Positions 52,101 to 64,000 of a stretch of 64,000 nucleotides of DNA are shown here, piece by piece (positions within the stretch are counted from its first letter, which is position 1; every line of letters starts with the position of its first letter). The notes under the pieces are model-generated. The model was not told where the DNA came from. It saw only the letters and a program-made list of their open reading frames with translations, and did not search any database. The translations under genes were made by a program, and so were the position numbers. The stretch is from the NCBI RefSeq assembly GCF_001194135.2, contig NC_069000.1, forward strand, positions 9,481,984 to 9,545,983. Reading direction: 5' to 3'. The DNA is from Octopus bimaculoides. Lineage: Eukaryota.

Positions 52101-54761
52101 AGAGATAATATTGTTTTAATATTTATCTACTCTGGAATATCTCATCAGAGCTGACTGGGTAACTTAACAATCATGTTGTATTATGCTAAGACAATTTATG
52201 ATTAAATCATTATCATTAAAAAAATATTATGTTCATTTCTCTTTTATAGATATATAATGCGGGAGTTTGTGAAGGCTCTTCAAAACTTTTTTGTGAACCA
52301 GGTGCTGTATATTTCATGGACCAACTTTCAGAAAGCTTTTCACACAAAGGTGTTCAGCCTCGATGACTTACATAAACTGCACATGGATTTCTTAGATGCA
52401 TCACTTAAACAGTAAGTTGGCATCACCAAAGATTAACAATGGCAATGTTAGAAAGGCAGTGTGACCCTCTAGAATTTCACTTTTATGTAGCTCAACAGGA
52501 AGGATACCAAACTGAATACTGCTGACTTCTACTTTTCCACTCTGCCTCCAGTTATTTTTAGGGGTATTTTTTCTTCCATCTTTCTTATGAGCATACGTTT
52601 CTTTCTCTCCCAGGTCTCGTTGGTTTTGAATTTTCATCAACGCTTCTGTAACTTAGCTTTCTTTTCTAGGTAGGGGTGTTGGTTTAATGCAAGCCCATTG
52701 TTACTATTAGAATGAGGCTGTCCATATTAGTTTGGCCTGTATCCTTTGACTTGTCTGGTATGAGAGGCCCTTCCAGGACTAGATACAAACTTCCTTGACT
52801 GTTGTGTAAACTACATAACAAATCTTAAATAGAGTAAATATTATATGGAATAAGAAGCCAAGTCTTGTGGTTCTTGAGTATAATGCCACATATTTGTTTT
52901 AGGGGAGGTGGGATTTAATTGATTAAAATTTTGAGTTGAGGTAGCAATTAAATCAACTCCAGTACTTTACTGATAATTTAACAACTGCCTTTTATTTTAA
53001 TAATAGTTTCAAATTTTGGCACAAGGCCTACAATTTTAGGGGAAGGAGTTAGTCGCTTACATCAATCCCAGTGTTCAACTGGAACTTATTTTATTGACCC
53101 TGAAGGGATCAAAGGCAAAGGTGACATTGGCAGTATCTGAACTCAGAAGGTAGAGAGTTAGAAAAGCCTTTAATTTTAATAATGACAATAAGAATAATAC
53201 TTCATAATTTTGGCATAAATTTAACGGTAATTAAATTGTCTCATATATGATCTAAATATTTTATCAACCATACCTGGATTTAACAAGAGAAGAAAGTCTG
53301 AAATTTTTAACATCATGTGACTTGCTAAACTGCCCTTCTGTTGGTTCTGTTTTTCAGGAGTTTATTCATGTCCCCGGCCAACCATATGATGGCTGCAATC
53401 AAAAACATGTTTAGTCTCATTCTGGCTTTCTACCAGACTCTCAGGAGTCATACTTGGCACCGTGACAAAAATGGAGGACCCATCAAACATCCAAACTTTC
53501 CTCGATTGTTGAAACTTTATGAAGACTTCTGTAGATATTCCAAACACTTTTATGATGGTAAGCAATTTATTTTTTAAATTTTATTTTCCATGATATTATT
53601 TTCTAAGCTTTTTGCTTGTTTATTCATCATTCTTTTAGATTTTCAGCTGACCAAATTAGAATACTGATAGTATGGGTCCAGTGATCATTAATGTGCTGTG
53701 TTCATGGCCAAAACACTTCATTTTCAGCAGACCAGTCTACTTACTTTAAAATCAGATCAACCTGCTAGAAATAGCTGCTAAATCTCCCTCAGATCACACT
53801 GTTAAAACAAAAATTAAGAACACATTTAATAATATAGTCCTAGGTATGTCTGTAGAATAGACTGAATGATCATGACACCTTTCAACAATCTACCTGTAAA
53901 TTAAATCTGCTAAAGAACTTAGACATGGTCACTGGAACTGTTAGCAATAGCAACCAGATCTACTTCAAATTACAACCTCTTAAAAGGTGGCAGAAAGACA
54001 CTGGAGCACTCTGAAAAATTAACAAGATGATCATGGTTGTAACACGTTTGGCCATAGGTCTGTTTCATTATGGCTGTTATATAGTTAAGTATATTTAGAG
54101 GAGGGTACATATACCCACCCACTCACTCAGTCGAAAGATGCCTGTTGTTATTTCTTGTTTGTATTCATAATTCTGTACCATGTTCTGCTTCTTTTTTTTT
54201 TTTTTGTCTTTGTTGCCGTACACATTTGCTAGCTTTCTTACAAAGGGGTCTAATGCTCTTAGCTTAGACTGTTTTGGGGACAACCAGATCAAAGCATCTT
54301 GAGTGTAACTGTCCGAAATGGTCGTGACTTCTGGTATTTGACTGAAGAAAGAAAGAAAGCCAAGAATGACCTGTCTTTTTTGTCTGTCCTTCTAATTGTT
54401 GTTTCTGTTGTCCACCTTTGTATCATCTATCTGTCCAAACGTTTTAATGCCCTCTATTGCGTTTTTGTTTCATTTTTATATTGACACACACATATACACA
54501 GCTTTGTAATTTCAATGATGTGATTCTATAATTTTGGATTAACATTGTGGAGTAGGTATGAGAAACCAGCTCTAGCCATATTTGGGCCAAATATAGCTGG
54601 TTTAAGACTTGTAATTATGTAAAGGACATCTGAAAGCATGGAAATTAAACTTTATTATTATATTTACAGTAATTTCTGCCTTGGCACAACAAAACTGTGA
54701 ACCCCACTTGCAGGACCTTGTTCTCTTACTCAACTACAACAATTGGTTTTCACAGAGGTAA
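28035..54761 (+). CDS. TUBGCP6: Gamma-tubulin complex component 6, spliced CDS of about 1800 aa
   Basis: Hand-spliced GT-AG exons with consistent phases: 28035-28216, 28953-29110, 29982-30085, 30437-30534, 31666-31714, 32701-32751, 33137-33261, 34260-34296, 35041-35252, 35664-35871, 36732-37027, 37513-37573, 37907-38016, 39024-39115, 39320-39459, 40701-40843, 41357-41448, 42089-42177, 42301-42401, 43131-43305, 44178-44451 (or 44481), 44751-45910 (10-N gap breaks the frame), 46843-47067, 47346-47426, 47949-48108, 48641-48782, 49227-49383, 49871-49908, 51054-51186, 51603-51666, 52250-52411, 53358-53557, 54670-54761. An alternative model ends exon 33 at 54757 and adds 55658-55664. GCP6-typical motifs: AYNALF, LLQLAGSG, TLYGALSHRSVYNLDIKLGLP, WDAAL..LPYLTEAG, WVFHGVCKDEYGEFMI, coiled-coil block, MWRYLIMGEGDFA, VDWPLNIII, EPHLQDLVLLLNYNNWF (grip motifs). 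Confidence 0.95.
29545..29790 (-). mobile_element. SINE family A copy in TUBGCP6 intron 2
   Basis: Reverse-complement similarity to family A. Confidence 0.65.
41878..42004 (+). repeat. Degenerate tandem repeat of about 23 bp (TTGGGTTATTACGCTTTCCTTGA) in TUBGCP6 intron 17
   Basis: About five imperfect copies are visible. Confidence 0.7.
44972..45710 (+). repeat. Coding minisatellite in TUBGCP6: at least 10 units of about 75 bp / 25 aa (HxKQVEDQSISKESSxTSGGDxxIP)
   Basis: Units read directly from the translation. A 10-N gap at 45253-45262 between near-identical units suggests the array is collapsed. Confidence 0.92.
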
Positions 54762-55698
54762 ATATCCTTCTATTATTGTTTTGGTTACATCTTTACTGAC
54801 TGTTTATTAAGCTTTTTTTTTTTTTTTTTTTTTTTTTACTAGTAACCCATCCTCCAAGGGTGGATTGGCAGAATTAACACCTTGTGGTATTTGTTCCTGT
54901 TATGTTCTGAGTTCAAATTCTGCTGAAGTTAACTTTGCTTTTCACCCCACTGGGATCAATAAAATCAAGTACCAGTCAAAAACCAGGATTAATGTAACCA
55001 ACTAAATCCCCTCCAACCTTTTTTATGATAGAAATAATGATTGAACCAGTCTGTCTCCCTTTGCTACTAATACAGGTCACATCAAGCAACCAGCAGTGCC
55101 TTGATGCAGTTGCTCAACCTGCTAAATATAGCAACTCAATTTCTCTCATTGTATTCTATTAAAAAATAGGAAGGGCCCATTGGATAATATAATCTTGTAG
55201 ATACAAATAGATGTTCGATTGCTTCTGTTTTTTTAGTTTGTAAAATTCCACACTATTAATGTTGGATTCTTAAAACACACAGCCTAGACAATGGGATCAT
55301 ATTTTATCTTACACTACCTTCATCCATTCATTCTGATGGATATAAATAAGAATACTAGCTTGGATAATTTCCTTGAAATCAGAGGTTTTATGCTCTAAGA
55401 ACAATAGGGTCAAAGTAGGTGTTATTTTGTCTTCTTTCTTTAGTCATCATCTTTGCATCTTTATTTTCTCCAGTAGATATGCTCAAACAAGGCTAACTGG
55501 AGAGTAAAAAACAACCTGATCATTGTGTGCATTTACATGTATTAAGTGTCTAATAATGCTCCCACAAAATTTATTGTCAAACAATATACAAGAATAACTT
55601 TTTAAAGCCATATTTGAAATTTTATAATGATGCAATTATTTTTTCTATCTTTTGCAGCCATTAAATAGTAGTGTATAAAGCTTATTTTAATTTTTTAC

Positions 55699-55704
55699 AA
55701 TAAA
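55699..55704 (+). terminator. Candidate poly(A) signal AATAAA of TUBGCP6
   Basis: AATAAA 35 nt after the stop of the alternative terminal exon (55658-55664), followed by GT/T-rich sequence. Confidence 0.5.
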
Positions 55705-55731
55705 GTTAAGAAATGTCAACGTTTATGTTTG

Positions 55732-55737
55732 TTTATT
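55732..55737 (-). terminator. Candidate poly(A) signal AATAAA of SARS1
   Basis: TTTATT on + (AATAAA on -), about 95 nt downstream of the SARS1 stop at 55832. Confidence 0.55.
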
Positions 55738-55831
55738 GAATCCAACAAATTATACATGGAGTGGTCCTTTTTAAAATATTGGCTACAACAGATAAAAATG
55801 AAGCGGCAAAGCAGGGATGAACGGGAATAAA

Positions 55832-58800
55832 TCAGCTTTTTATATTCATTTTTTTCATGTTCTTTGACAGATTTTTCTTTTCTATTTCTTCAATAGGAGC
55901 AGGTTTCACAAAAGGAATTTTCTCTTTGTAAGCTAGAAAAAAAAAGTAAAAAAAAGGTAAAAACAAAAGACATTAACACTTGACAGACAATTACATGTTT
56001 TCTCTTTTTTATTAGGGACAACAATTAATGTATTTTCAAAGACTATTTGTGGGGAAAAAAGCAAACTACTTGACAAGGTACAAATTTACCCCTCTCTCTT
56101 TCTCTAGTGCTCCTTATAACTATTTCCAATTTCATGTTTATAGCAGCTCTAAACATAATGACTAATAGTTTGGTTCAATGATCTTAAGAAAAGCCTTTGA
56201 AATATTTGTTCTGCTAGTATCACACAGACAATATCTTGTCATGCTCGTTATTGTAAATATAGTGAACCTGTGATTGGTCCATTGGAAATCTATCACTGAT
56301 GATGCTATTGTTCAGAGTTATTCAAAATAAAATACATAAAAGGTATACCCCATCTTCTTAAGATGGAAGATATACTAAAAGCAAGTTAGTTAATCAGGGA
56401 TGGTTTCGTACAAAACAACATTAACATTACTACTGACCTTTTGGCAGAAATGCTTGTAATACTTCAGGAACAAGTACACCATCTTCTGTTTGGAAGTTCT
56501 CCAATATTGCGCAAATAGTACGAGTTGTTGCACACATCGTAGCGTTAAGCATATGTACATATTCAACCTGGTAAATGGAAAATAATGCAAGGTTTGGTCA
56601 AGAAAATGATGGTATTTCTACTCTGGTTTGCACATTTTTCAACAAAAACATTAAGTTCTCCTAGAAAGTGAAATATGTCTAGGAAGAACATTTTACTAAA
56701 AAGAACAATTTTAAATAATACTCTGTTACAAAATATATAGTGAAATGAATCTGAATTGAAGAGAAGATTTTATAACTATGTTGCCTGTAGAATGATTAAA
56801 AACAGACGACATGTATGTATATATGAATCAATACATTGAAATGTTTAACACCAATTTTGTTCGTACTAATCAATGTAGCTCTTCAGAGATGCAGACTCTC
56901 CAAACAAGGAATCCTTCACCATTAACCCTTTTGATACGAATCTGTCCCAAATTGTCCCAGGCTTTATGATACAAACGTTTTCCTTCAGAACGATCTTAGT
57001 TAAAAAACCTTCTTTTAAAATTTCACGTTAACTTTGGTGTTTAAAGCAGAAGTTATTTTGAAACAAAGGCAGTATATTTCAACAGAAATATGGTAACAGA
57101 AAAGGTTAAATACATTTTAGTGATTTCATTATCTTTGTTACATGTGCAAGACTTTAGCACTTTTTTTTTTCTTAACCCTCTTCAAGAGAACTAAATCAAA
57201 GTGTAATAATATCCTACAAACCTAGACTGCAGTATAAAGCCGATATGAAACATGACTAGATGGCTGGTAGGTAGCCAGTTGTTAACTACCCCTTCACTCA
57301 ATATCTCTTAGAGAATCTGTTTGTTCTGAATCGAAGTATCCAAAATCAGAATGGCTTGTCTGAAGTGAATACGAACAAGTACTTGGACCAAGGTAGTCGT
57401 TAAACAATTGTGAAATAAAGTGTCTTGCTCAAGAACACAACACGCAGCCCGATTTGGGAATCGACCTCACGAACTTGACACTCTAACCACTGAATCATGC
57501 ACCTTCACATAATTTCTGTCAACTCACTCCATAAACAGTAGATTCATGGCAAACAGCAATTAATGGGTTTTTAGATCTTCAAAGTCTATCACATCATATT
57601 TACTGAATATAAATTACCAATTTTTTAATTCTTTTTTTTTTTAATTGTTTCATAACTATTTCTGTATGATTTTTTTCAATTTTAACCTTTATGTTCTGGA
57701 GTCATAAAGTGACAAGTGACTAAAGGTCATCCAAATTTAGACGTGTATGTTCAACTTACCTCTTGGTTCATCTTCTTTGTTTGACCATAGCGCACTTTGA
57801 GACGTCGTGCCTGGTAGTCTGTACAGTTTGAGCAGGAGACCAATTCACGGAATGCCCCAGATCCTGGAAACCATGCTTCTAAGTCAAGTTTTTTAGCAGC
57901 AGCATTATTAAGGGCACCTGAAAGAAATTAATAGTTTAAAGAGATGAGTAAATAAGGAAAGATTGAAATTCAAAATTGAAGGAAAGAGATAACTTCATGG
58001 CAAGAAGTTGTAATGAAAGAGAAGTTGCATTCATTTGCATCTTTTACTATGACCAAAACCATTCTATGATGATTGTTTTGGTATACTAAGCATGAGGATA
58101 AACTAAAATTGGAACTGTAAAAGTTCATTTCTTGATTACATATCCTCGTTAACTTCAGTTTTAATCCAAAGCAATTTTTTCACATCAAGACTACATATGC
58201 TTACATAGAAACAATAAATTACTTCATAAGCAGAATGGCCGCGAGCTGGCAGAATCGTTAGAACACCGGGCAAAATGCTCCCACCGAGGTCGACTTTTCC
58301 TTTCATCCTTTCAGGATTGATAAATTAAGTACCAGTTGCGTACTGGGGTCAATGTAATTGACTAGTCCACCTACCACAAATTTCAGGCATTGTGCCTATA
58401 ATAGAAAGGATTACTTCATATGCAGAGTGATCCACAAAATATAATTAACTGGAGTACAAATTTTGAAAGGAAACTGAATTACCAGAAACTATATTGACAA
58501 TCCGATAAGGAATTCCAAGAGACTTGGTGAAGTTTTCAGCATTGGCAATCATTTCATCAAACATTTCCCAAGATTTGTTGTCATGAGGAGAAGTCAGAAC
58601 AAACTGTTCCACCTGAAATAACAAAACAAACAATATAGTAAGGTATTAAAAAGACTTGTTTTTTTTTTTTGTCATTAGAGGAAACAGATGAACAAGAGTT
58701 GGAGAACCCTGCAGCTGTTGTGGCCCTTAAGAGTGGTTTTCTAGAAAAAAAAGTCTCGATTTTGCTTTAACCCTTTAGTATTCAGATTATTTTGTCGAAT

Positions 58801-61800
58801 GTAATGTTTATTTATATCGTTTCAAAACTAATCAGGCTTTATCTTGTAGTTTAGAGATTTCAGTAATGTGATTGTTTAGTTTTAGAATAACATTGTAGGG
58901 TTGAGGTGAGAGGCCAGATCTGGCCAGTGTTTCAACATAAAACAGGTTAAATATTTTGGCCTGATATGACTGGTTTGAATGCTAAAGGGTTAAATACACT
59001 ATAATTGCTTACTTAAAAAAAGTTTATTATACATTAAATAAATATACACCAGTCATTAAAAGTCGGTTTCGATAGTTATTTCTGACTTCAATATTTATAA
59101 TTATATTACCCAAATATTAAATTTTTTTTTTACTTAATATACCTTATTAGATTATACTTTATTAAATGCAATCTTCAAGTAATAAAAAGGTTTCACAGTC
59201 CTGTTGTAAACCCTTTTTACTCTGCTTCACTATGGTTACAGATAATTAATTAAAGATAATTGTACATATGGAGGAATACATAAATAGACAGCTTGATGAC
59301 AGTCTAAGTTAACAGGTACATGTTTACTATAAGGTAATTATCATCAACATTTAACATGTTTTCCATGCTGGCAATGGGTTAGACAGCTTGACAGGAACTG
59401 GCAAGGCCAGGGGTTCCACACCAAGTTCCATAGTCTGTTCTGGCTTGGTTTCTATAGCTGGATGCCCTTCCTAACACCAACCACTTTATAGAAGGTACTG
59501 GGTGCTTTTTTATGTAGCACCAGCAACCACATCAATGCTTTTTACATGGCACCTTAGTTTTAGGATCTCAATTCTGTTGTGGTGGGCAGGTTTTCTCAGA
59601 TTAATCAACAAATATAATCACTACTCAGTTTTAGCTAAAGTAAAATAAAACAAGTACAGATTCTTTCTTGAAAACATGCCGGAGTAATATTTCTGTTATC
59701 TTTTACAGGTCTGTATTAGGGCTTCAGCCTCAGTTCAGTAAGCAAACACTAACCAATTAGACAGTGCTCCCACTATAATTATCAAAATGTTTACCTTTTC
59801 AAACTGGTGGACTCGGAAGATTCCACGAGTGTCACGGCCATGAGAACCAACTTCTTGGCGGAAACACGTTGAGTAACCAGCATAGCGGAGGGGTAAAGAT
59901 TCTGTAGGAAGCCACTCGTCTCGGTGGAAGGCAGCAATTGGTTGTTCAGAAGTAGCAATCAGATATTTCTCATCTACTGTAGCATCATCACTCTTTTCAC
60001 TGTCTTTACCTATTACCTGAGCAAACAAAGTAGAAATGAAATTAATTTAGACAATTCCTTCAAAGATGTCTTCGAATTATTGAATTGCTTTGGTCAGTTC
60101 AGAATGGAAAGACTGTGAAATCAAAATGTTAAACAGAGAGATATAAACACAACTTTAAAGACTAGATATTGTCAAAAATATTTAAATAGTTTTCTGAATG
60201 CAGGACAATAACTCTGCTTATGTTTGGCTCTGTATTCTAAAACAATTCCACACATAGCTCTAATCCTCATCTGGGCTCCACACATAGCTCAAACACTAAC
60301 ATGAGTATACATAGCTGGACAAAGGAAATTGGTTATTTTCAAACTAGAGACCTGGCGTGAATGCTTACAACAGAATTAACACCATTAAAGGCATGGCACA
60401 ACAAATCAAGTCACCCAATTAGTAGCAAAGAGGGGAATGAAGTTTCTTTTATATTTCTGAAGAAAGGGAAAGAGCAATAATAACAGAAACAGTCTAAAAA
60501 TTTCTACATTAATTTACTTTGTGTAGCTGAGGTGTAGTAGAGTGTTAGAAAATAAGCCATATACATTAAAAGATTTTGATATGCAAAAAATATAATCATT
60601 ATTGCAATATATATTATTAAAGCAAAAGTAAATAATAACAGGCGGTGCTCCAGCATGGCCACAGTCAAATGACTGAAACAAGTAAAAGAGTATCTATGCA
60701 TTTTTTAATGGCTACAATGTCTCTACCATGATACAGATATGTTTTAATCCCTATATAGAATCTTGAAAATCAAATATCTCAAGAATTACCTTGTATAATT
60801 CTTCATCAAACTGAGACAGCTGGGCAACTTCCCGCATCACATCTTTACGCATAAAAAACGGAGTGTAGAGTGGTACAAAACCTTGGTCATGAAGCAGATT
60901 CAGGGCATGGTTTATCAACGCTTGTTCCAAAAACACAAGTGGTCCCTAAAGGAGATATAAAATCAAACAACATAAAAATAATTCAATGATGCAATTAGTT
61001 TTTGAACGTTGAAATAATACATGTAGCTTGGAAGTCAGAAAAGAGTGAAAACACATGGTGGGTTAGCATGTAAGATTGTTGGTATTCAAACATGGAGCAT
61101 GTATGAAATGATTTTTTGCTTGTTTCAGTCATTTGACTGGCCATACTGGGATATCACCTTAAAGAATTTTTAGTCAAATGTATCAATTCCAGTGCTTATT
61201 TTTTTAAAGCCTGGTACTTATTCTATCAGTGTCTTTAACTGAACTGCTAAGTGACAGGGACATAAACACACAGCACCAGTTGTTAAGTGGTGGTGAGGGG
61301 ACAGAGACACACACACACACACATAGATATATATATGATAGGCTTCTTTCAGTTTCTGTCTGCCAGATCCACTGACAAGGTTTTGAATAACCTGAAGCTA
61401 TAGTAGAAGACACTCGCCTAAGGTGCCATGCAGTGGGACTGAACGCCGAACCATGTGGTTGGAAAGCAAGCTTCTTACCACATAGCCACACCTATTCCTA
61501 TATGTCTGTGTTGGAGTGAAATTAGAATGGCCAGTGTTTGTGGAAGGGCTTTGATGAGGTGTAACTGTTCAGTGAGAAATGTAGATTAACATTATAACCA
61601 GAAATTGTCAAGAAAAACAACAGTTGCATTATTTAAAAATCTAATAGAAGCAATAATAACATTTGTACTTACTTTCAAGTAGTAGCCTCGTCCTCCAGCT
61701 GTGACAGTCCCCCTTTCATTATCAACTCCATCCACCATCACAACAAGATCTACATGCGAGTACTTTTTCTTTGTAGTTGTATCCCCAACCAAACGCTCAA

Positions 61801-63863
61801 TACCATTTTCATCCTGGATAACAAAATTAAGTAAAAACAAAAAAAATATAATTACAAAAACCACAGGGATACTAAAATAAATCTCAAATTAATTAGTAAT
61901 TAAGGGAATACCTAACTTTTATTTCTTCAAAGAGCCTTTTTTTTAAAAAAAGGTTTTAGGAAATTATGGCCCTTAATAAAAGTTTTAAGAAGCAATTTTT
62001 TCTATTCAGTCAAAAAGTTGAATAAGGAAGTACTGGTAACTCTTTTGGGCCTTCATAGATTGGTGGGGATAGGGATAACCAAAACGGATTGATGTGGGTG
62101 ACAGTAAATATTATATTGTGCTTCAAAATAAGGCATATAAATTTTCTGAGAGTGTCTAGCTGAAAAAAGGTTGTCATCATTTTGTCATAAGCATTTCAGG
62201 GATTCTTATCCTAATTCGAAAATATTCAGGTTTTCAGAAGCCAATAGAATCCATACAAACAAGGCTATGTTCAGATCTGATGACCTTGTGCAGAGGAATT
62301 ATTAAAAAGACAAGGCATAGGTGGAGTTTTAAAAGGAATAGTTTAGAAGTTGTTAGCTGTATTTGTGGATTTTTAAAAAATATATCATCATCATAATATA
62401 AGGAGATCAAACTTGGGTGACAAGAAGGATAAGGATCAGGAATAATGTGAAGAAGAACAAGAGATATTTGCTCCAGACATTCGAGAGATATGAACCAACA
62501 CTTTTTCCACAGGTGCTTATCAATATCAAGACATTGTGCATACATGTAACTCATAATGATATGGAAAAATGCTCAGCAATGGTTCAGAATGGTTGTTATG
62601 GTGATAATTATAACATACCTCATCATTGCTGATGACACATGATTCATGAAGTAAGTTACCAATCTCTTTCAGTGCTTCATTACGTTGGTTCTCCTGCACC
62701 AACATGTCAGCTGTGTTCTGTTTCATCATTTCATCCAGTTTGGTTGCAATTTTCTTTACTTGCTTAACATTAAGTTCCTGAAATCATATAAACATTGCAC
62801 ATACATATATATATACATCTTATATTCGTAAGTACTTTATAATAGCATCAGCATCATCATACATCGTCCTTTGATATTGCTGCACCTCTTATGTGTCCAT
62901 AGCTTACACTGGGTACATCTTATGGAGTTTCTACCTATGCCTTTTCTACAGATCAAGCAGGACCATCTACCTGAGGGGGTTTGTGCTTTGTCTACCTTCC
63001 TACTTATTAGGACTTTGGTTTTATCTAGGTTGACTCTAAGGCCCTTAAACACACACACATACATACATATAGAAACAATGCACTCATTATATGAGAGGTG
63101 TTAATATATAGAAATATATACACACATACATATGAAAAACAGAACATAGGCCACCACCATAAGTACAACATATACAGAATTTACAATAGCATCAGTTGTT
63201 ATTACACGATTTGCAGTAATGCATCACATCAATATATTAAAAAATTATTTTGTCACAACAGCATACACGGTAGTTATTTTAATGTGCAACATCAGTAAAT
63301 ACAGCAGTTACATCAATAGTCATGCCAGAATCCATTGTATGTAATACCTGTGGACACAGCTGTAGCTTATCTGTGCTACTGTTATACAATAGATGTAGCA
63401 GCTGCAACAAATGAAACACTAATAGGTACAACAGTACTAATACTAGCAGAAACAGAAAGAGACACATGACAATAGAGTTGCTATGTGGTCAGTTGATCAT
63501 TTTAGAAATAGCAGCCAAATCTTCCTCAAATCAGATTGTAACATTTTGAAAGGAAACAAGATTAGACAATGCAGTCATAAATATACAAAAAGATGAGGTG
63601 GTCACCACTGGAATACATTTGACCATGGGCTTGCTTTATCAGGGTCAACTAAGGGTTAAAGAAAAGCAACAGTTGCTATGAAAGTATTAGACAGTTAGGA
63701 CCACTTTACAATCAGTAGTTTACTGAAAATTGTGTTGCATCTTAAAACATTTTGTAGTAGAAAGATTCTGTTGACTCACTCGTAACTTATCTTGATTAAG
63801 TTCTTCAATTTCATTGAGCACATTCTCAGGAATGGAGTCATCATCACCAACAGGCTCCTTTTT
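55832..63863 (-). CDS. SARS1: Cytosolic seryl-tRNA synthetase, last nine exons (5' exons lie beyond 64000)
   Basis: Exons on the - strand with consistent phases: 63863-63780 ([16 protein letters not shown]), 62777-62619 ([16 protein letters not shown]), 61813-61673 ([20 protein letters not shown]), 60945-60790 ([37 protein letters not shown]), 60016-59795 ([34 protein letters not shown], class II motif 2), 58612-58483, 57917-57760 ([32 protein letters not shown]), 56567-56438 ([21 protein letters not shown], motif 3), 55932-55832 ([15 protein letters not shown]). Confidence 0.97.
61113..61495 (-). mobile_element. tRNA-derived SINE, family A, in a SARS1 intron
   Basis: Reverse complement of the family A head, body and tail. 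Confidence 0.8.
62860..63045 (-). mobile_element. LINE ORF2 fragment (post-RT region with Cys-rich finger) in a SARS1 intron
   Basis: [52 protein letters not shown] is typical of RTE/CR1-group LINEs of marine invertebrates. Confidence 0.8.
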
Positions 63864-64000
63864 CTGTAAAGAATACAGCCATTAACAGCAGCATATCATA
63901 TTGGGGGGGAAAAAAGAGACAGAGACATTTAGATGGGTATTACTTTATAGATATCTAAATTATCTAGCTGACGTACTACGACGAAATACCCAAGATGCAG

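Noticed and set aside
54762-54770. ATATCCTTC resembling a U12 AT-AC donor right after the TUBGCP6 stop
   Set aside because: No convincing TCCTTAAC branch point with an AC acceptor downstream. The overlapping GT donor or simple read-through explains the site.
62270-62400. C/D-box-like words (ATGATGA..CTGA) in a SARS1 intron
   Set aside because: They derive from a (CAT)n run, with no terminal stem or recognisable guide.

Overview
AT-rich, microsatellite- and SINE-dense eukaryotic DNA with seven assembly gaps. The repeat content and style suggest a coleoid cephalopod such as Octopus (inference). I could reconstruct three protein-coding genes by hand: (1) the first coding exon of an Sp17/SPA17-like RIIa-domain gene (- strand, 7006-7159) with a perfect RFX X-box upstream; (2) a complete 33-34-exon TUBGCP6 (gamma-tubulin complex component 6, + strand, 28035-54761 or 55664, about 1800 aa) with a 25-aa tandem repeat in its central insertion; (3) the last nine exons of cytosolic seryl-tRNA synthetase SARS1 (- strand, 55832-63863, 5' end outside the window), tail-to-tail with TUBGCP6. 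The 8-27 kb region has no recognisable host gene. It holds mariner remnants, a canonical non-autonomous Helitron, SINEs, a head-to-head (TTAGGG)n/(CCCTAA)n fold-back joined to a truncated mariner, and a structured 279-bp tandem unit. Most ORFs in the supplied track are N-gap or microsatellite artefacts.
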